Assembly (NCBI GenBank): GCA_965140785.1
Contig: OZ223473.1
Coordinates: forward strand, 3,591-67,590
Source of the DNA: an uncultured Ruficoccus sp.
GTDB taxonomy: Bacteria > Verrucomicrobiota > Verrucomicrobiia > Opitutales > Cerasicoccaceae
Reading direction: 5' to 3'
DNA length: 64,000 nt
Below are positions 20,687 to 32,031 of this stretch, in pieces. The notes beneath the pieces were generated by a model. The model made no database searches and was not told the origin of the DNA. It saw only the letters and a program-made list of their open reading frames with translations. Both the position numbers and the translations under genes were made by a program. The stretch's first letter is position 1, and the number at the start of each line of letters is the position of its first letter.

Positions 20687-21791
20687 ATGCATACGAATAA
20701 CGTTTCCACTCTTAAGTTCACGCCTCGCGCGTTCAGCCTGGTTGCGGCCACGGTTCTGGGTGCGGGAGTTTTACTGGCAGGGCCTGCTCTACAGGCGGCA
20801 ATCACCCCCGAAGGCAACACGAACCCGGTTCCGGGCAATGCCTACTGGTCCGGCGGTGGCGATACTTCGACCTCGATCTATATCGGCGACACGGCAGACG
20901 GCTCGCTCTCGATCACGGATGGAAGCACCTTTACCTCCCACTACGCCTCCATCGGGCAGGATAACGGCGGTCAACGGTGAGGTCACCGTTTCCGGCGCTA
21001 CCTGGAACAGCCAGATGATCGTAGTCGGTGCCCATGGGGTGGGCACCCTTAACCTCACCAACGGCGCCAAGGTGACAACTAACAATTATATGATCATTAC
21101 CGGCTATGTGGACGGGGACGGGACCCTCAACATGGGCGTTTCCAGCCATGATACCATGGTTGAGGCCGCTCAGGACTTTAAAAATTATGGTACAGTGCAG
21201 CTTTTCGCCCTGGGGAACATTACCGCCGGTGTTTACGTTCCGGTGACGGCCGGGGATGAGCTCCAGTCCGGCACGACCAAGACCTGGGGCGGCATGGCCG
21301 ATGCCAACCTGAACTTCACGGTGAGCGACTTCACCACCTACACCTCACCGCTGACCGCCGATCTGAGCAACATGCGTGTTTCCGCCGGAGGCGGTGAACT
21401 CGTCGTCGCCTTTGCCGACGACGCCGGCAACGGCACCCTCACACTCGAGCAGGTCATTGTCCCGCCCAGTTCGTACGACTACTACGAAGCTGTCGATGTC
21501 ATCCTGGACGGCATGAGCAATGACGATGTCGTCCTCTCCTTTTACATGGGAGAAGGCTATGACGAGGAAACGATCCAGGCCTGGATACTGGTGGACGAGC
21601 AATGGGAGGAGATCGATATGGACGAAACGCTCTCCACTTACGAAGAGGAGTACCTCAACTTCATGGTGGACGGTAGCGGCACCTACGCGGTGACCGGAAA
21701 CCTCGTGCCGGAGCCGGGTCACTACGCCGCCCTGGCCGGGCTGCTCGCCCTGACCGGCATCGCCATCCGCCGTCGCCGCGCCCGCGACTGA
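20687..21791 (+). CDS. PEP-CTERM protein with T5SS/PEP-CTERM-associated repeats (apparent +1 frameshift near 20968)
   Basis: Signal peptide; GSLSITDG...NGEVTVSG...GVGTLNLTNGAKV repeats; C-terminal VPEPGHYAALAGLLAL...RRRR. Confidence 0.85.
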
Positions 21792-21830
21792 GCGATTTCG
21801 CCACCGGAAACTCCGCGCTGAATTTTTCAC

Positions 21831-21862
21831 CGGCCATTCCCTCGGGAGTGGCCGTTTTTTTT
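21831..21862 (+). terminator. Rho-independent terminator
   Basis: CGGCCATTCC/GGAGTGGCCG stem followed by T8. Confidence 0.8.
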
Positions 21863-21951
21863 GAAAGACCAAAAGGCCGCGGCGGGCAAAGACAGGCGGT
21901 ACCTACGCGTCGAGCCAGACCGTTTTCAAACAGTTTTGATAAGGTAGGGGA

Positions 21952-22028
21952 TTTAACAGGAAGGCCGGAAAGAACGAAAAGAAAGGTTCATAGCCTCTAC
22001 TCCCGCACTTCCCGGCCTTCCTGTTAAA
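21952..22028. repeat. 17-bp inverted repeat between convergent genes
   Basis: TTTAACAGGAAGGCCGG (21952-21968) pairs perfectly with CCGGCCTTCCTGTTAAA (22012-22028). Confidence 0.75.
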
Positions 22029-22079
22029 AATAACCGTTCGAAAATTTTTTGATTTTATCACTTCTGTTTGAAGATGGTC

Positions 22080-23889
22080 TCAGACCTCTTCGCTCTCGTC
22101 TTCCTCGTCGGGCAGTCCGGCCTCCTCGACCAGAGCGTCCGGGACGGGTGCGGCAGCGGCGGGTTCCTCCGGTTCGGGCGGGAGCTTTTTCAAAAACTTC
22201 GGCGTGGCCCGCAAGCGCTCCTCCAGAAGTGCGAGCGTCTCGGAAGAGAGCTTCTCCCGCGCCGCCTCAAAGGGTTTGCTGCCGGGGAAAGCGATCTCGT
22301 CCCCCCTTCGTGGGCGGCGTGTAGTCCTCGCCCTCGTCGAAGCTGTACCCGCTTCCCTCGTCTGCGGAGGCGGCAGAGGCTTCCAGGACCTCCAGCGGCA
22401 CGTCGTCATCAGGCAGGACGATCGGGGGTGATTTGACCGGCTTTTCCGGGGCCGCAGCAGCGGGCGAGGAAGATGTGTCGGGGGCTGATACTGGCGCTTC
22501 GGCCTGTAGGCGTGTGGCGGGAGCCTCGGCGGATTTCGCCGGTGGCACCTCGATGGGCGCTGGTGGCACCTCGATGGGCGCTGGGGCCGACTTGCGGGGA
22601 GCTACAGGCTTAGCCGGAGGTTCCGGGGCCGGGTCCGTGGTTGCACGGGCGGAAGCGGCAGCAGCGGACACGGTGGCTGGCGGGCGCGGGGAAACGGGAT
22701 CGCGCTTGGCCGGTGCCGGTGCCTTGTGCTCAGGCGCGGGCGGTAGGCTTATTTTTTTTTGGCCGGCATCCTCGGGGAGGCCGGCTGCAAGCTGCGAAAG
22801 CTCTTTGATGAGCGAGTCGATCGCTCGGGATCGGCTCTGGTCGATAGCCCGGAGGAGCGCGACCTCGAAGTTGACCCGCTGGGACAGGCCCTGGCGCACG
22901 GTGTGCTCGGCGGCCTGGAGCGCGTCGAGCATCCGGGTCAGCGACTCGGCGGTGAGAGGCGTTCCGAGCATGTCGGTGTGCCCTCCCCCAGTGATCGCCT
23001 CCAGCAGCGCCTGGCGCACGATGCGCTGAATATCCAACAGCAGGCGGTACAGGTCGCGGCCTTCGCTGGCGAGGCGTTCGATGGTGGCGAAAAGCTCCTT
23101 GTGCGCACCGGCGGCCATGGCCTCGGTCAGCGCCTTCAGGTCGTCCTCGGAGGCGAGCCCGTAAACATCGAGCACGTTCTCGTCTGTGATCTTGTCCCCA
23201 CAGAAAGAAATGAGCTGGTCGAGGATGGACTGGGCGTCGCGCATGCCGCCGTCGGCCATGCGGGCGATGGTGGCCAGAGCGGACTCCGTGATGGCGATGG
23301 ATTCGGCTTTGGCGATATCACCGAGCTTGGCGGAAATTTTCGCGTCCGGAATGGGCCGGAATTCGAAGCGCTGGCAGCGCGAGACGACGGTGGGCAGGAC
23401 CTTGTGCGCCTCGGTGGTGGCGAAGATGAACTTCACGTGCGCGGGCGGCTCTTCCAGGGTTTTCAGGAGGGCATTCCAAGCCTGGTTGGAGAGCATGTGC
23501 ACCTCGTCGATGATGTAGATCTTATAGGTGCCCTGGGCCGGGGCATACTGGCACTCCTGGCGCAGGTCGCGGATCTGGTCCACTCCGTTGTTGGAGGCCC
23601 CGTCGATCTCGATCACGTCCATGCAGGAGCCATCCATGATGGCCTGGCTGATCGCAGTGGAGTCGTCCGGGGTGGCGCTGGGACCGCCCTCGGCGTTGAG
23701 GGCCTTGGCGAAGATACGGGCCGTGGTCGTCTTACCTGTGCCGCGGGGTCCGACAAAAAGATACGCATGGGCGATACGATTGGTATCGATGGCGTTCTTG
23801 AGCGTGCGCACGATGTGCTCCTGGCCGACGAGTTCGTCGAACTGCTTGGGGCGCCAACGGCGGGCGATGACCTGGTAGGCTTCTGCCAT
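22080..23889 (-). CDS. dnaX: DNA polymerase III subunit gamma/tau (apparent extra base in C6 run 22301-22306; A9 site at 22752-22760)
   Basis: [50 protein letters not shown]. The acidic tail in ORF 22080-22409 joins as TKGDEIAFP. Confidence 0.93.
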
Positions 23890-24031
23890 GTTTGGACAGC
23901 TTGCGGGGCCGGGGCCGGGGCTTCAACGAAGAAACGCCCGGCGGGGATTTTTTCATGCCTATCCCAAGGGGGAAAGCGGGCGGCGGAGCAGCTTTTTCTC
24001 CCGACAGAGCCCGAAATCCGGGCATAAAAAA

Positions 24032-24128
24032 GGCCAGGCACCCCCACGGCACACGCGAATCCTGACTACCGTTGCTTCCTTCCGGACCTGGCGGGATTCG
24101 CCGGTTCGTCGTTGCATGGGACCCGGCC
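24032..24128 (-). ncRNA. ffs: Signal recognition particle RNA (4.5S type)
   Basis: Reverse complement contains CCAGGTCCGGAAGGAAGCAACGG (SRP conserved helix), has GGCC terminal pairing, and lies upstream of dnaX. Confidence 0.92.
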
Positions 24129-24149
24129 AAGTATCAATATTCGCTCACC

Positions 24150-24329
24150 ATGATCGTCACATCAACACCAAAGTGCCTTTTTCGTCTAAACGCCCTGCTT
24201 TTGCTCGTCGTCGCCGCCCTGCTCACCGGCTGCGAAACCACCAGCGAGACCGTCAGCGACGGGTTTGGGATGAAATTTACGGAAAAAAGCAACGGCTCCA
24301 GCAACGACGGTGTCGATATCGACGACTGA
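24150..24329 (+). CDS. Small lipoprotein
   Basis: Hydrophobic stretch ending in lipobox LTGC; 59 aa. Confidence 0.55.
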   Translation: MIVTSTPKCLFRLNALLLLVVAALLTGCETTSETVSDGFGMKFTEKSNGSSNDGVDIDD

Positions 24330-24350
24330 GGGCTCAAGGACAACGGCGGA

Positions 24351-25364
24351 TCAAGCTTGAGTGGCTTGGCCTGCCTGCTCCCGGTCCACCTTCTCCAGGT
24401 GCTCCCCGGCGGCCTTGAGCAGCAGTTCGCAGACCTCCTCCAGCGGGCGGTGCTGGTTAAAGCCTGCCGCCGGAGCGTGACCGCCACCCCCGAACTGCCT
24501 CGCCAGCCGGTCCAGGCGATATGCCCGGGTTTTGGCGCGGAGGCTGCCTTTGACCTGATTTTCAAACTCCTCGACCAGGATGCCAATGTCCACGCCGTCG
24601 AGGTCGCGTGCGTAGTCCACGAAGCCCTCGGCGTCCTCGTGCTCGGCCCCGGTCTCCTCAAAGTCTTTCTCCCGCAGCATGCCGATACAGATGCGCTCGT
24701 CGTGATAGAGACGTAACGAGCCCAGGAAGCGGCGCAGGAGCTTGAGCTTGGCCAGCGGCTCCTGCTCGAACAACTCGCGGGCGACCGCGCCGGGCGAGGC
24801 CCCGCAGGCACACAGCCGGGAGCACAGCTCGAAAACCTGCCCGGTAGTAGTGGGAAAACGGAACTGCCCGGTGTCGGTCGAGATGCCCACGTAGAGCGCC
24901 TGTGCCGTCACCGGGTCGAGCGGCAGCCCATGATCGAAGAAAAGGCCCGCCAGCACCTCGGCGGTCGCGGCGGTGTGGGGTTCGACGAAGTTGTAGCGGG
25001 CGTATTGAGGATTGGATACGTGGTGGTCGATGTTGGCCAGCGTGGCGGGAAACATCCCCTCCAGCAGCTTGCCTACCCGGATCGGGTCCGCGCAATCGAC
25101 ATTGAGCGTCACGCACTCCCCCGGCGAAAAATCCTTCGCTTGGCACCAGGGCGTGTCCGCGATAAACCCCTGAAGCACCCGCGGCGGATCGTCGCGGTTG
25201 ACGGCGATGGCGTCGATTCCGAGCGCGCAGAGCACCCGCGTCAGTGCTACCTGCGAGCCGATGCAGTCCCCGTCCGGCCGCAAGTGCCCCAGCACCGCGA
25301 CCCGCTGGCCGCGCAGCGTTTCCAGCAGCTCTTTAAAAGATTCGGATTTATCGGGAAAATACAT
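24351..25364 (-). CDS. nrnA: DHH/DHHA1 phosphoesterase (NrnA-like)
   Basis: GHLRPDGDCIGS, NIDHH, STDTGQF, GGGGHAPAAG. Confidence 0.9.
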   Translation of the reverse strand: MYFPDKSESFKELLETLRGQRVAVLGHLRPDGDCIGSQVALTRVLCALGIDAIAVNRDDPPRVLQGFIADTPWCQAKDFSPGECVTLNVDCADPIRVGKLLEGMFPATLANIDHHVSNPQYARYNFVEPHTAATAEVLAGLFFDHGLPLDPVTAQALYVGISTDTGQFRFPTTTGQVFELCSRLCACGASPGAVARELFEQEPLAKLKLLRRFLGSLRLYHDERICIGMLREKDFEETGAEHEDAEGFVDYARDLDGVDIGILVEEFENQVKGSLRAKTRAYRLDRLARQFGGGGHAPAAGFNQHRPLEEVCELLLKAAGEHLEKVDREQAGQATQA

Positions 25365-25532
25365 CGCGCAGTGTCTTAACCGCAAACGCCGCCCAAAGAC
25401 AGGAAAAACTCCGTACACTCCGGCTGGAGCAGCTTCGAAGGGTTAAGTAGCGACATAGACAGAAAAATTCGACCCTGCGTAGAGCGTTCCCCATGCCTTT
25501 GTTTCAGGCAAAGGCATCCAGATGCGAAGCAT

Positions 25533-25892
25533 CTAGGGTGAAGGACTTTGTCCTTCCTCGGCGTCGAGTTCGTCGAGGATCTGGAGAACAGAGGTGCCGC
25601 GGGCGATGGAGTCGTCGTGCTCGAAACGCAGGCGAGGCAGGTATTTTAGGACGATACGCTTGCCCAACTCCTGCCGGATGTCGCGGTGGCGGGCGGCGAA
25701 GAATTTCTCCGCCAGGTAGGCATTACCCTCGTCGCCAAGGATCGAGTAAAACACGCGGGCACCACGCAGGTCCGGCGAGACAACCACCTCGGTAATCGTG
25801 ATGTTGACCGCATCGCTCTGATAGCGCGTGTGCAGGATGTCGCTGACCTCGCGCTTAACGAGCTCGTTGACGCGTGTACCTCGGTTAGACAT
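25533..25892 (-). CDS. rbfA: Ribosome-binding factor A
   Basis: RVNELVKREVS, VSPDLRGARVF, LKYLPRLRF; downstream of infB. Confidence 0.95.
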   Translation of the reverse strand: MSNRGTRVNELVKREVSDILHTRYQSDAVNITITEVVVSPDLRGARVFYSILGDEGNAYLAEKFFAARHRDIRQELGKRIVLKYLPRLRFEHDDSIARGTSVLQILDELDAEEGQSPSP

Positions 25893-26014
25893 GGGTTACT
25901 GGAGTCAATGGTCAGGGGTCGTTGGTTATTGGGGAGATGGAGACGGCAGGCGTTTAGAGACAGCCCCCTCTTTTTCACCAATGACTAAGAACTAATGACT
26001 GATGACAAAAAAGT

Positions 26015-28534
26015 TTACCGCAGGCTCGGGCGGAACTCGTGGATCTCGTAGCACTCGATACGGTCGCCTTCCTTGTAGTCATTGCAACCGCTGATCTGGA
26101 TACCGCACTCGTAGCCGGCGCGCACCTCGGTGGCGTCGTCCTTGAAGCGCTTGAGGGTGCCGATGCGGCCCTCGTGGGTAACCTCGTCCTTGCGCAGCAG
26201 GCGGGCGTGGGCATCGCGCTTGATCATGCCCTCGGTCACCATACAGCCGGCGACCTGGCCCTTGGCCAGCGGGAAGGTGGCGCGGACCTCGGCCATGCCG
26301 AGTTTGACCTCGCGGTACTCCGGATCGAGCAGCTCGGACATGGCTTCTTCGACCGAGGTGATGAGCTCGTAAATGATGTTGTGCTGGATGATGCGCACGC
26401 CGTGGTGTTTGGCCAGGGCGGTAACGCCGTTCTCCTGCTTGACGTTGAAGCCGACGACGCAGGCTTCCGACGAGTCGGCCAGCGTGATGTCGTTCTTGGT
26501 GATGACGCCGACACCGGTCTCGATGACCTCGAGTTTGACCTTGTCGCTGTGAATAGCTTCGAGGCAGTCGGCAAGAGCTTCGACACTGCCGTTGACATCG
26601 CCCTTGATGACCACGCGCAGGACCTTCGAGGACTGCTCGTCGATGGCGGCCAGCAAACTGTCGAGGTCGCTGGCACCACCCGTGGAAGCGGCGGGCGCGG
26701 CAGCTTCTGCCTTGAGCGCCTGCTCGTTCTCCTCGGCCTCGCGCTTGGCGGCCTTTTCGTTTTTGGCCACCGTGCAGACGGCACCGGAAGTCGGTGTGCC
26801 GGACCAGCCCATGATGCGGACCGGGGTCGAGGGCGGCGCGCTTTTGATCGGCTTGCCAAACTCGTCCATCATGGCGCGGACCTTACAGTAGTTCGGACCG
26901 CTCACGAGAGCGTCGCCCACCTTGAGTGTGCCCTTCTGGATGATGACAGTGGCGGTCGGGCCGCGGCCCTGCTCCACCTGAGACTCGACGATAACGCCTT
27001 CGGGAACTGCCTTCGGGTTGGCCTTCAGCTCGCTGACTTCGGACTGCAGGAGAATGAGCTCAAGCAGGTCGGTGATGTTCGTGCCTTCCAGGGCGGAAAC
27101 GGGCGTGCAAAGGGTTTGGCCACCCCAGTCTTCGGGCATGAGGTCGCGCTCCTGCATCTGCTGCTTGACGCGGTCGATGTTAGCGCCCTTGGCGTCCATC
27201 TTATTGATGGCGACGATGATCTCGACGTTAGCGTTACGGGCGAACTTGAGCGCCTCGTCGGTCTGCGGCATGAAGCCGTCGTCCGCGGCCACCACGAGAA
27301 TGGCGATGTCGGTGACGTTGGCCCCGCGCTCGCGAATCTTCGAGAAGGCGGCGTGACCGGGGGTGTCGAGAAAGGTGATCTTCTTGCCGTTGCGCTCGAC
27401 CTGGTAAGCACCCACGTGCTGGGTGATGCCGCCGGCCTCGCCGGAGACGACGTGCGCGTCGCGGATCTTGTCCAGCAGGCTGGTCTTGCCGTGGTCAACG
27501 TGGCCGAGCACGCAAACGACCGGCGGACGCTCTTCCATCAGTGTGGGGTCGTCCTCGTCGAGCTTCTTGGCCTTTTTCTTGGGCGCGGGCTTGTCGTCAC
27601 CGCGGTGGCGAATATCGAGGGAGAAGCCATGGCGCTCGGCAATCTGCTTGGCGTTGGCTTCCTCGATCGCCTGGTTCATCGAGGCGAAGATGCCCATCTC
27701 CATCAGTTCGGAAATGAGCTGGAAAGGTTTCTTACCCAGGAGCACGGCGAAGTCGCGCACCACGATGGGCGGCTTGACCTGGATGATCTTCTCGCCCTCC
27801 TTTTCGATCACCTTACCGGCAGCGGAAGCCTGCTGACCGGGCTGTTGCTGACCGGGATGCTGCGGGGCGCGGGGCACGGACGGCGGAATGACCGGCGAAG
27901 GTGACGGGCGTACCGGGGCGGGAATCTTGACCGGCGGCGGTGTGGCCGAGGGCGAAGAACCGGCGGCGGCAGGAGCGGGAGCGACGCCCGGCGTCGTGCG
28001 GGGCGGCATGGCCGGCGAAGGTGCGGCGCGACCGGGAGCCGTCATGGGCGGCGCGGGCATAGGAGCGCGGCGGGCGCTCGGGGGCGGAGGCGGCGGAGGG
28101 GACTTGCGCTCGGGCATCGCCGGGGTCGCCGGGGCAGCCTTCTGAGCGGAGGAAATCATGGCCTCGCGCTGGGCTTGACGAGCGGCTTCGCGCTCATCCT
28201 CGCGTTGCTGGCGGGCAGCGCCTTCGGCAGCTTCCTTGTCGCGTCTTTCCTGCTCGATCTGAGCCGGAGTCTTTACGATGGCCGAGGGCGGCAGCTTCGG
28301 CGTGACGGGACCGGGCTGAACGACATCGGCAGGAGGAGCGGCGGGCGCGGGGGCCGATTCGGCCTCGGCGCTCTGAGCTTCCCCACTGAATTCTTCGATG
28401 AGCGCCTGCGCGGAGATGTTATCGACCGTGCTCGAGGCGCTTTTCACCTCGTGGCCACGTTCGCGGAGGAGCTGCATGACCTCCTTGTTTTCCATGTTCA
28501 GCTCCTTGGAGAGCTCGTATATGCGGACACTCAT
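26015..28534 (-). CDS. infB: Translation initiation factor IF-2
   Basis: [37 protein letters not shown]; Pro-rich N-terminus. Confidence 0.98.
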   Translation of the reverse strand: MSVRIYELSKELNMENKEVMQLLRERGHEVKSASSTVDNISAQALIEEFSGEAQSAEAESAPAPAAPPADVVQPGPVTPKLPPSAIVKTPAQIEQERRDKEAAEGAARQQREDEREAARQAQREAMISSAQKAAPATPAMPERKSPPPPPPPSARRAPMPAPPMTAPGRAAPSPAMPPRTTPGVAPAPAAAGSSPSATPPPVKIPAPVRPSPSPVIPPSVPRAPQHPGQQQPGQQASAAGKVIEKEGEKIIQVKPPIVVRDFAVLLGKKPFQLISELMEMGIFASMNQAIEEANAKQIAERHGFSLDIRHRGDDKPAPKKKAKKLDEDDPTLMEERPPVVCVLGHVDHGKTSLLDKIRDAHVVSGEAGGITQHVGAYQVERNGKKITFLDTPGHAAFSKIRERGANVTDIAILVVAADDGFMPQTDEALKFARNANVEIIVAINKMDAKGANIDRVKQQMQERDLMPEDWGGQTLCTPVSALEGTNITDLLELILLQSEVSELKANPKAVPEGVIVESQVEQGRGPTATVIIQKGTLKVGDALVSGPNYCKVRAMMDEFGKPIKSAPPSTPVRIMGWSGTPTSGAVCTVAKNEKAAKREAEENEQALKAEAAAPAASTGGASDLDSLLAAIDEQSSKVLRVVIKGDVNGSVEALADCLEAIHSDKVKLEVIETGVGVITKNDITLADSSEACVVGFNVKQENGVTALAKHHGVRIIQHNIIYELITSVEEAMSELLDPEYREVKLGMAEVRATFPLAKGQVAGCMVTEGMIKRDAHARLLRKDEVTHEGRIGTLKRFKDDATEVRAGYECGIQISGCNDYKEGDRIECYEIHEFRPSLR

Positions 28535-28568
28535 AAAATAGGTATGCGGGTATCAGTCGGGATGATTC

Positions 28569-29822
28569 CTAGGCCTGGGATTGTAACTGGTTGACTTTTT
28601 CGATGATGCTGGCGGCTTCCTCCGGCGTAAAGTTGCCGGATTCGACAAGGTCGTCGGCGGTGACACCGGCGGCGACCACCTCGACCGAGTTGATGCCCAT
28701 GGCGACGAGCTTCTCGGCCAGGGGTTCGTCAATACCCAGGGACTGGGCGAGGTTGAGCCCGGCGCGCTCGGCACGCTCTTCCAGGGTGGCGGCTTCGCGC
28801 TTTTCCTTGCCGATGTCTAGTCTCCAGCCCATGAGGCGGGAGGTGAGCTTGGCGTTCTGCCCGCGGCGGCCAATGGCCACGGCCAGGTCGTCCTCGCTGA
28901 CTTCGAAGTAGATACGTTTGGCGATGGGATCGATCTGCAGGTTCTTCGGAATGGCGGGTTTGATCGCCTCCTCCAGCATGGCCTGCGGATCGGGATAGTA
29001 ACGGACGATGTCGATCTTTTCGCCGCCGAGTTCGCGCACGATGCTCTTGACGCGGGCGCCACGGGCACCGACGCAAGCGCCGACCGGGTCCACTTTTGCG
29101 TCGCTGCTCTGGACGCAGATCTTCGTCCGGTAGCCGGGCTCGCGGGCCATACCCTCGAGCGTGACGGTGCCGTCGGCGATTTCCGTAACCTCGAGTTCGA
29201 AGAGGCGTCGGACAAATTTGATGCTGGCACGGCTGAGGATGAGCTCGGGGCCGCGAGGGGTGCTTTCGATGGCCAGCAGGAGACAGCGGATGCGCTCGCC
29301 GGGGGCGTAATCCTCACCGGGGACGCGCTCGCGCGGGGGCAGGACGGCTTCGGCCTTGCCCAGATCGACGATGAGGTCGCCACGTTCGCGGCGACGGACC
29401 ACGCCGGTGACGATGTCGCCCACGGAGTCCTTGTAGTCGTCGTAAATGCGTTCTTTTTCGAACTGGCGGACGCGCTGCATGATGGCCTGGCGGGCCGTCT
29501 GCGCGGCGATGCGGCCGAGGAAGGCCGGGTCGATGTCCTTGCGGACGGTGTCGCCGACTTTGGCGTCCTTGTCGTAAATGTGAGCTTTGTCGAGGGGGAT
29601 TTCGGAGGCGGGGTCGCTGAACGAGTCAACGACACGGAGCAGGGTCCACGCCTTGAGAGCACCGGTGCGCGGATCGATTTGCACTTCGAGCTCGGCGCCG
29701 GCGTTCACACCCTTCTGAGCGGCTCCTTTGATGGCAGCCGCGATGGTGGCGATCATGTCCTCTCGGCTGATCCCCTTCTCCTTCTCCATGTATTCGAGAA
29801 CGGACAGGATTTCGTTACTCAT
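28569..29822 (-). CDS. nusA: Transcription termination factor NusA
   Basis: [44 protein letters not shown]. Start placed at MSNEIL. Confidence 0.97.
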   Translation of the reverse strand: MSNEILSVLEYMEKEKGISREDMIATIAAAIKGAAQKGVNAGAELEVQIDPRTGALKAWTLLRVVDSFSDPASEIPLDKAHIYDKDAKVGDTVRKDIDPAFLGRIAAQTARQAIMQRVRQFEKERIYDDYKDSVGDIVTGVVRRRERGDLIVDLGKAEAVLPPRERVPGEDYAPGERIRCLLLAIESTPRGPELILSRASIKFVRRLFELEVTEIADGTVTLEGMAREPGYRTKICVQSSDAKVDPVGACVGARGARVKSIVRELGGEKIDIVRYYPDPQAMLEEAIKPAIPKNLQIDPIAKRIYFEVSEDDLAVAIGRRGQNAKLTSRLMGWRLDIGKEKREAATLEERAERAGLNLAQSLGIDEPLAEKLVAMGINSVEVVAAGVTADDLVESGNFTPEEAASIIEKVNQLQSQA

Positions 29823-30062
29823 CGATATGTTATTAGAAAAAAAATAGCGGGTACAGCGACCCACTATCCTGAGGTATAGGATGGTTGGAAAGGAAAAACC
29901 CTGCCAGTGACGGCAGTTCTTGTCAAGCAACGGTTAAAAACCGCGCCTTTTCTTTACACAAGGCACGCGCGAGCGCCCTCAGCGCCATGTCCGGTGATCC
30001 AATAGCGGATCGTCCTTATTGCCACGACAAGTTGACACACTCGCCCGGATCGGCACGGAACT

Positions 30063-30637
30063 TCATTGTGAGTGTGTTAGCGATTCAACCGGTTCGACAA
30101 CATTTGCTTGGGCGCCATGCTTGCGCAGATAATCTCCAAAAAATCTCGCCTTGGAAGGTTCCTTCGCAAACAAAATCTGAGCCTTCGCAGCCAGTTCGAG
30201 TAAGGCCGGAGCTGGGTTTCGTTCCGACCACATGCCACGGTGCTTTTTGTCCGCGGGGAACAAAGCCCATGCAAACTGTTGCTGGCTGATATGGTTGGTA
30301 CCCCGGTTGTCTATGCACTGAGTAACCAGCGTTATGTATTCATTGGGTTCTAAAATCTGGGCCGCCACAAAGAATATGGCCTTTTTCGTGTCATCGGCTG
30401 CCAGATAATCAATCTGTGGTGCGAGCGATTTTGCATGATCCTTGATGAGCGCCTCTGCCTGATTAAAAGACACGATATCACCCAAGCTACGCTGCCCCTC
30501 AATGATGGCGACCGGATCGCGGTTTCCGGCCAGGCGGCTTCGGTGGATGCGATAGCTGAGCGTAAATCATCCACAACCGGATCAACCGCCCACAGGGTAG
30601 AACTTATCCCCAAGCAGAAGAAAAGAAGTGTTTTCAT
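30063..30637 (-). CDS. Hypothetical secreted protein, lower GC (apparent 1-bp deletion near 30533)
   Basis: ORFs 30350-30637 and 30063-30485 join as ...STEAALAGNRDPVAIIEGQRSLGDIV...; signal peptide present. Confidence 0.5.
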
Positions 30638-30694
30638 GACTCAGCAGTCTTTCGTGGGATAAGGCGTAGCACTAGAATTCGCGGGGAAATAATT

Positions 30695-31831
30695 TCAACG
30701 CCCCGCCTTGGCGGGGACGGGCTCGATCGTGCCCTCCTCGCGTTCGGTCTGGAGGCGGAGCTGGCCGCAGGCGGCGTTGATGTCGTGGCCCTTCTCGCGG
30801 CGGACGGTGACAGAGACCCGCGCCTCGCGCAGGATCTGGGCGAAAGCGTCCTGACGGGAGATTTCCGGGCGTACCCAGGGCAGCCCCTCGACCGTGTTGT
30901 ACGGGATGAGGTTGACGTGGGCGTGCAGCTCACGGGCGATTTTGGCCAGTGCCCGGGCCTGGTCGAGCGTGTCGTTGATCTCGCGGATGAGGATAAACTC
31001 CAGCGTGATCATCCGCCCGTGCTTGTCGGCGAAGGCCTTGGCCGCCGGGAGGAGTTTCTCCAGCGGGTACTTGCGGTTGATGGGCATGATCTGCTGGCGC
31101 ACCTCGTTGGTGGCCCCGTGCAGGCTGATGGCCAGGCGCAGCCCGATCGGCTCCTCGGCCAGTTGCAGGACCTGCGGGGCCAGCCCACTGGTCGAGACGG
31201 TGATGCGACGCGCACCGACATTGAGCCCCCACTCGGCGTTGACGATGGTGAGGGCGCGCAGGAGGTTGTCGTAATTGGCCAAGGGCTCGCCCATGCCCAT
31301 GACCACGATATTGTCAAAGGAGGCCAACTCGTCGCTGGCGCGGGGCGTGGTCGGGTCCTCCTGATGGCAAACCTGGATCAACTGGTGCACGATCTCCCCG
31401 GCGGAGAGGTCGCGCTTCCAGCCAGCGAGGCCCGAGGCGCAGAACTTGCACCCGTAGGCGCAGCCCACCTGGGTCGAGATGCAAACGGTCTTGCGGGAGC
31501 GGTCCTGCCCCACCCCTTCCTGCGGGGCGCGGATGATGACTGTCTCGATCAGCGAATGGTCGCGCAGGCGCAGCAGGAACTTGTCCGTCACGTCGGCGGA
31601 GGTCTTCGCCCCCAGCCGGGCGGTCGGGGCAAAGTCAAAAGTCTCCTCCAGCCAGGCGCGCAGGGGCTTGGAGAGATTGGTCATTTCCTGGGGGCCGGCG
31701 GCGCGTTTTTTATACAACCACTCCAGAATCTGGCGTGCGCGGAAGGGCTTCTCGCCCCGTTCGGCCAGTGCCGCCGTGAGCGAGTCGAGCGTTTCCCCGT
31801 GTATCGGCGGCTTGCCCACAAATCCCTGCAT
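30695..31831 (-). CDS. rlmN: 23S rRNA/tRNA m2A methyltransferase (radical SAM)
   Basis: CISTQVGCAYGCKFCASG, VMGMGEPLAN, ISLHG, INAACGQL. Confidence 0.96.
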   Translation of the reverse strand: MQGFVGKPPIHGETLDSLTAALAERGEKPFRARQILEWLYKKRAAGPQEMTNLSKPLRAWLEETFDFAPTARLGAKTSADVTDKFLLRLRDHSLIETVIIRAPQEGVGQDRSRKTVCISTQVGCAYGCKFCASGLAGWKRDLSAGEIVHQLIQVCHQEDPTTPRASDELASFDNIVVMGMGEPLANYDNLLRALTIVNAEWGLNVGARRITVSTSGLAPQVLQLAEEPIGLRLAISLHGATNEVRQQIMPINRKYPLEKLLPAAKAFADKHGRMITLEFILIREINDTLDQARALAKIARELHAHVNLIPYNTVEGLPWVRPEISRQDAFAQILREARVSVTVRREKGHDINAACGQLRLQTEREEGTIEPVPAKAGR

Positions 31832-31960
31832 CCGCCTATCAAGAACGGATCGCCCGCCCCGGCGCAATCCCGAATCGGACTACCCCGCGGCAAAAGCTCG
31901 GCTTAAGCCCGCCGTGCGTCGCCCTAATAGCGCATCACGATAGGGATTGCGCCGCATCCG

Positions 31961-31976
31961 TGGCACCTTTCCTGCT
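31961..31976 (+). promoter_or_regulatory. Sigma-54 (-24/-12)-type promoter
   Basis: TGGCACCTTTCCTGCT matches TGGCAC-N5-TTGCW with correct GG/GC spacing and one mismatch; 55 bp upstream of the Nif11-like ATG. Confidence 0.65.
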
Positions 31977-32031
31977 ATTTGGCGGACAATCCGGGCCCGT
32001 GGGTCCCGGGCCATTTGAACGCTAAGAAACC

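Noticed and set aside
25905-26010. AATGACT-like heptamer echoes between infB and rbfA
   Set aside because: Few, degenerate units; cannot be supported as a defined repeat family from this window alone.
30493-30505. CTGCCCCTCAATG identical to part of the REP spacer at 2934-2946
   Set aside because: Lies inside a coding frame (IIEGQ) with no flanking hairpin; likely coincidence.
30695-31831. Radical SAM gene next to the Nif11 peptide as a possible RiPP maturase
   Set aside because: It has the RlmN-specific MGMGEP and C-terminal AACGQL motifs, no SPASM or RRE domain, and is transcribed divergently; it is a housekeeping methyltransferase.
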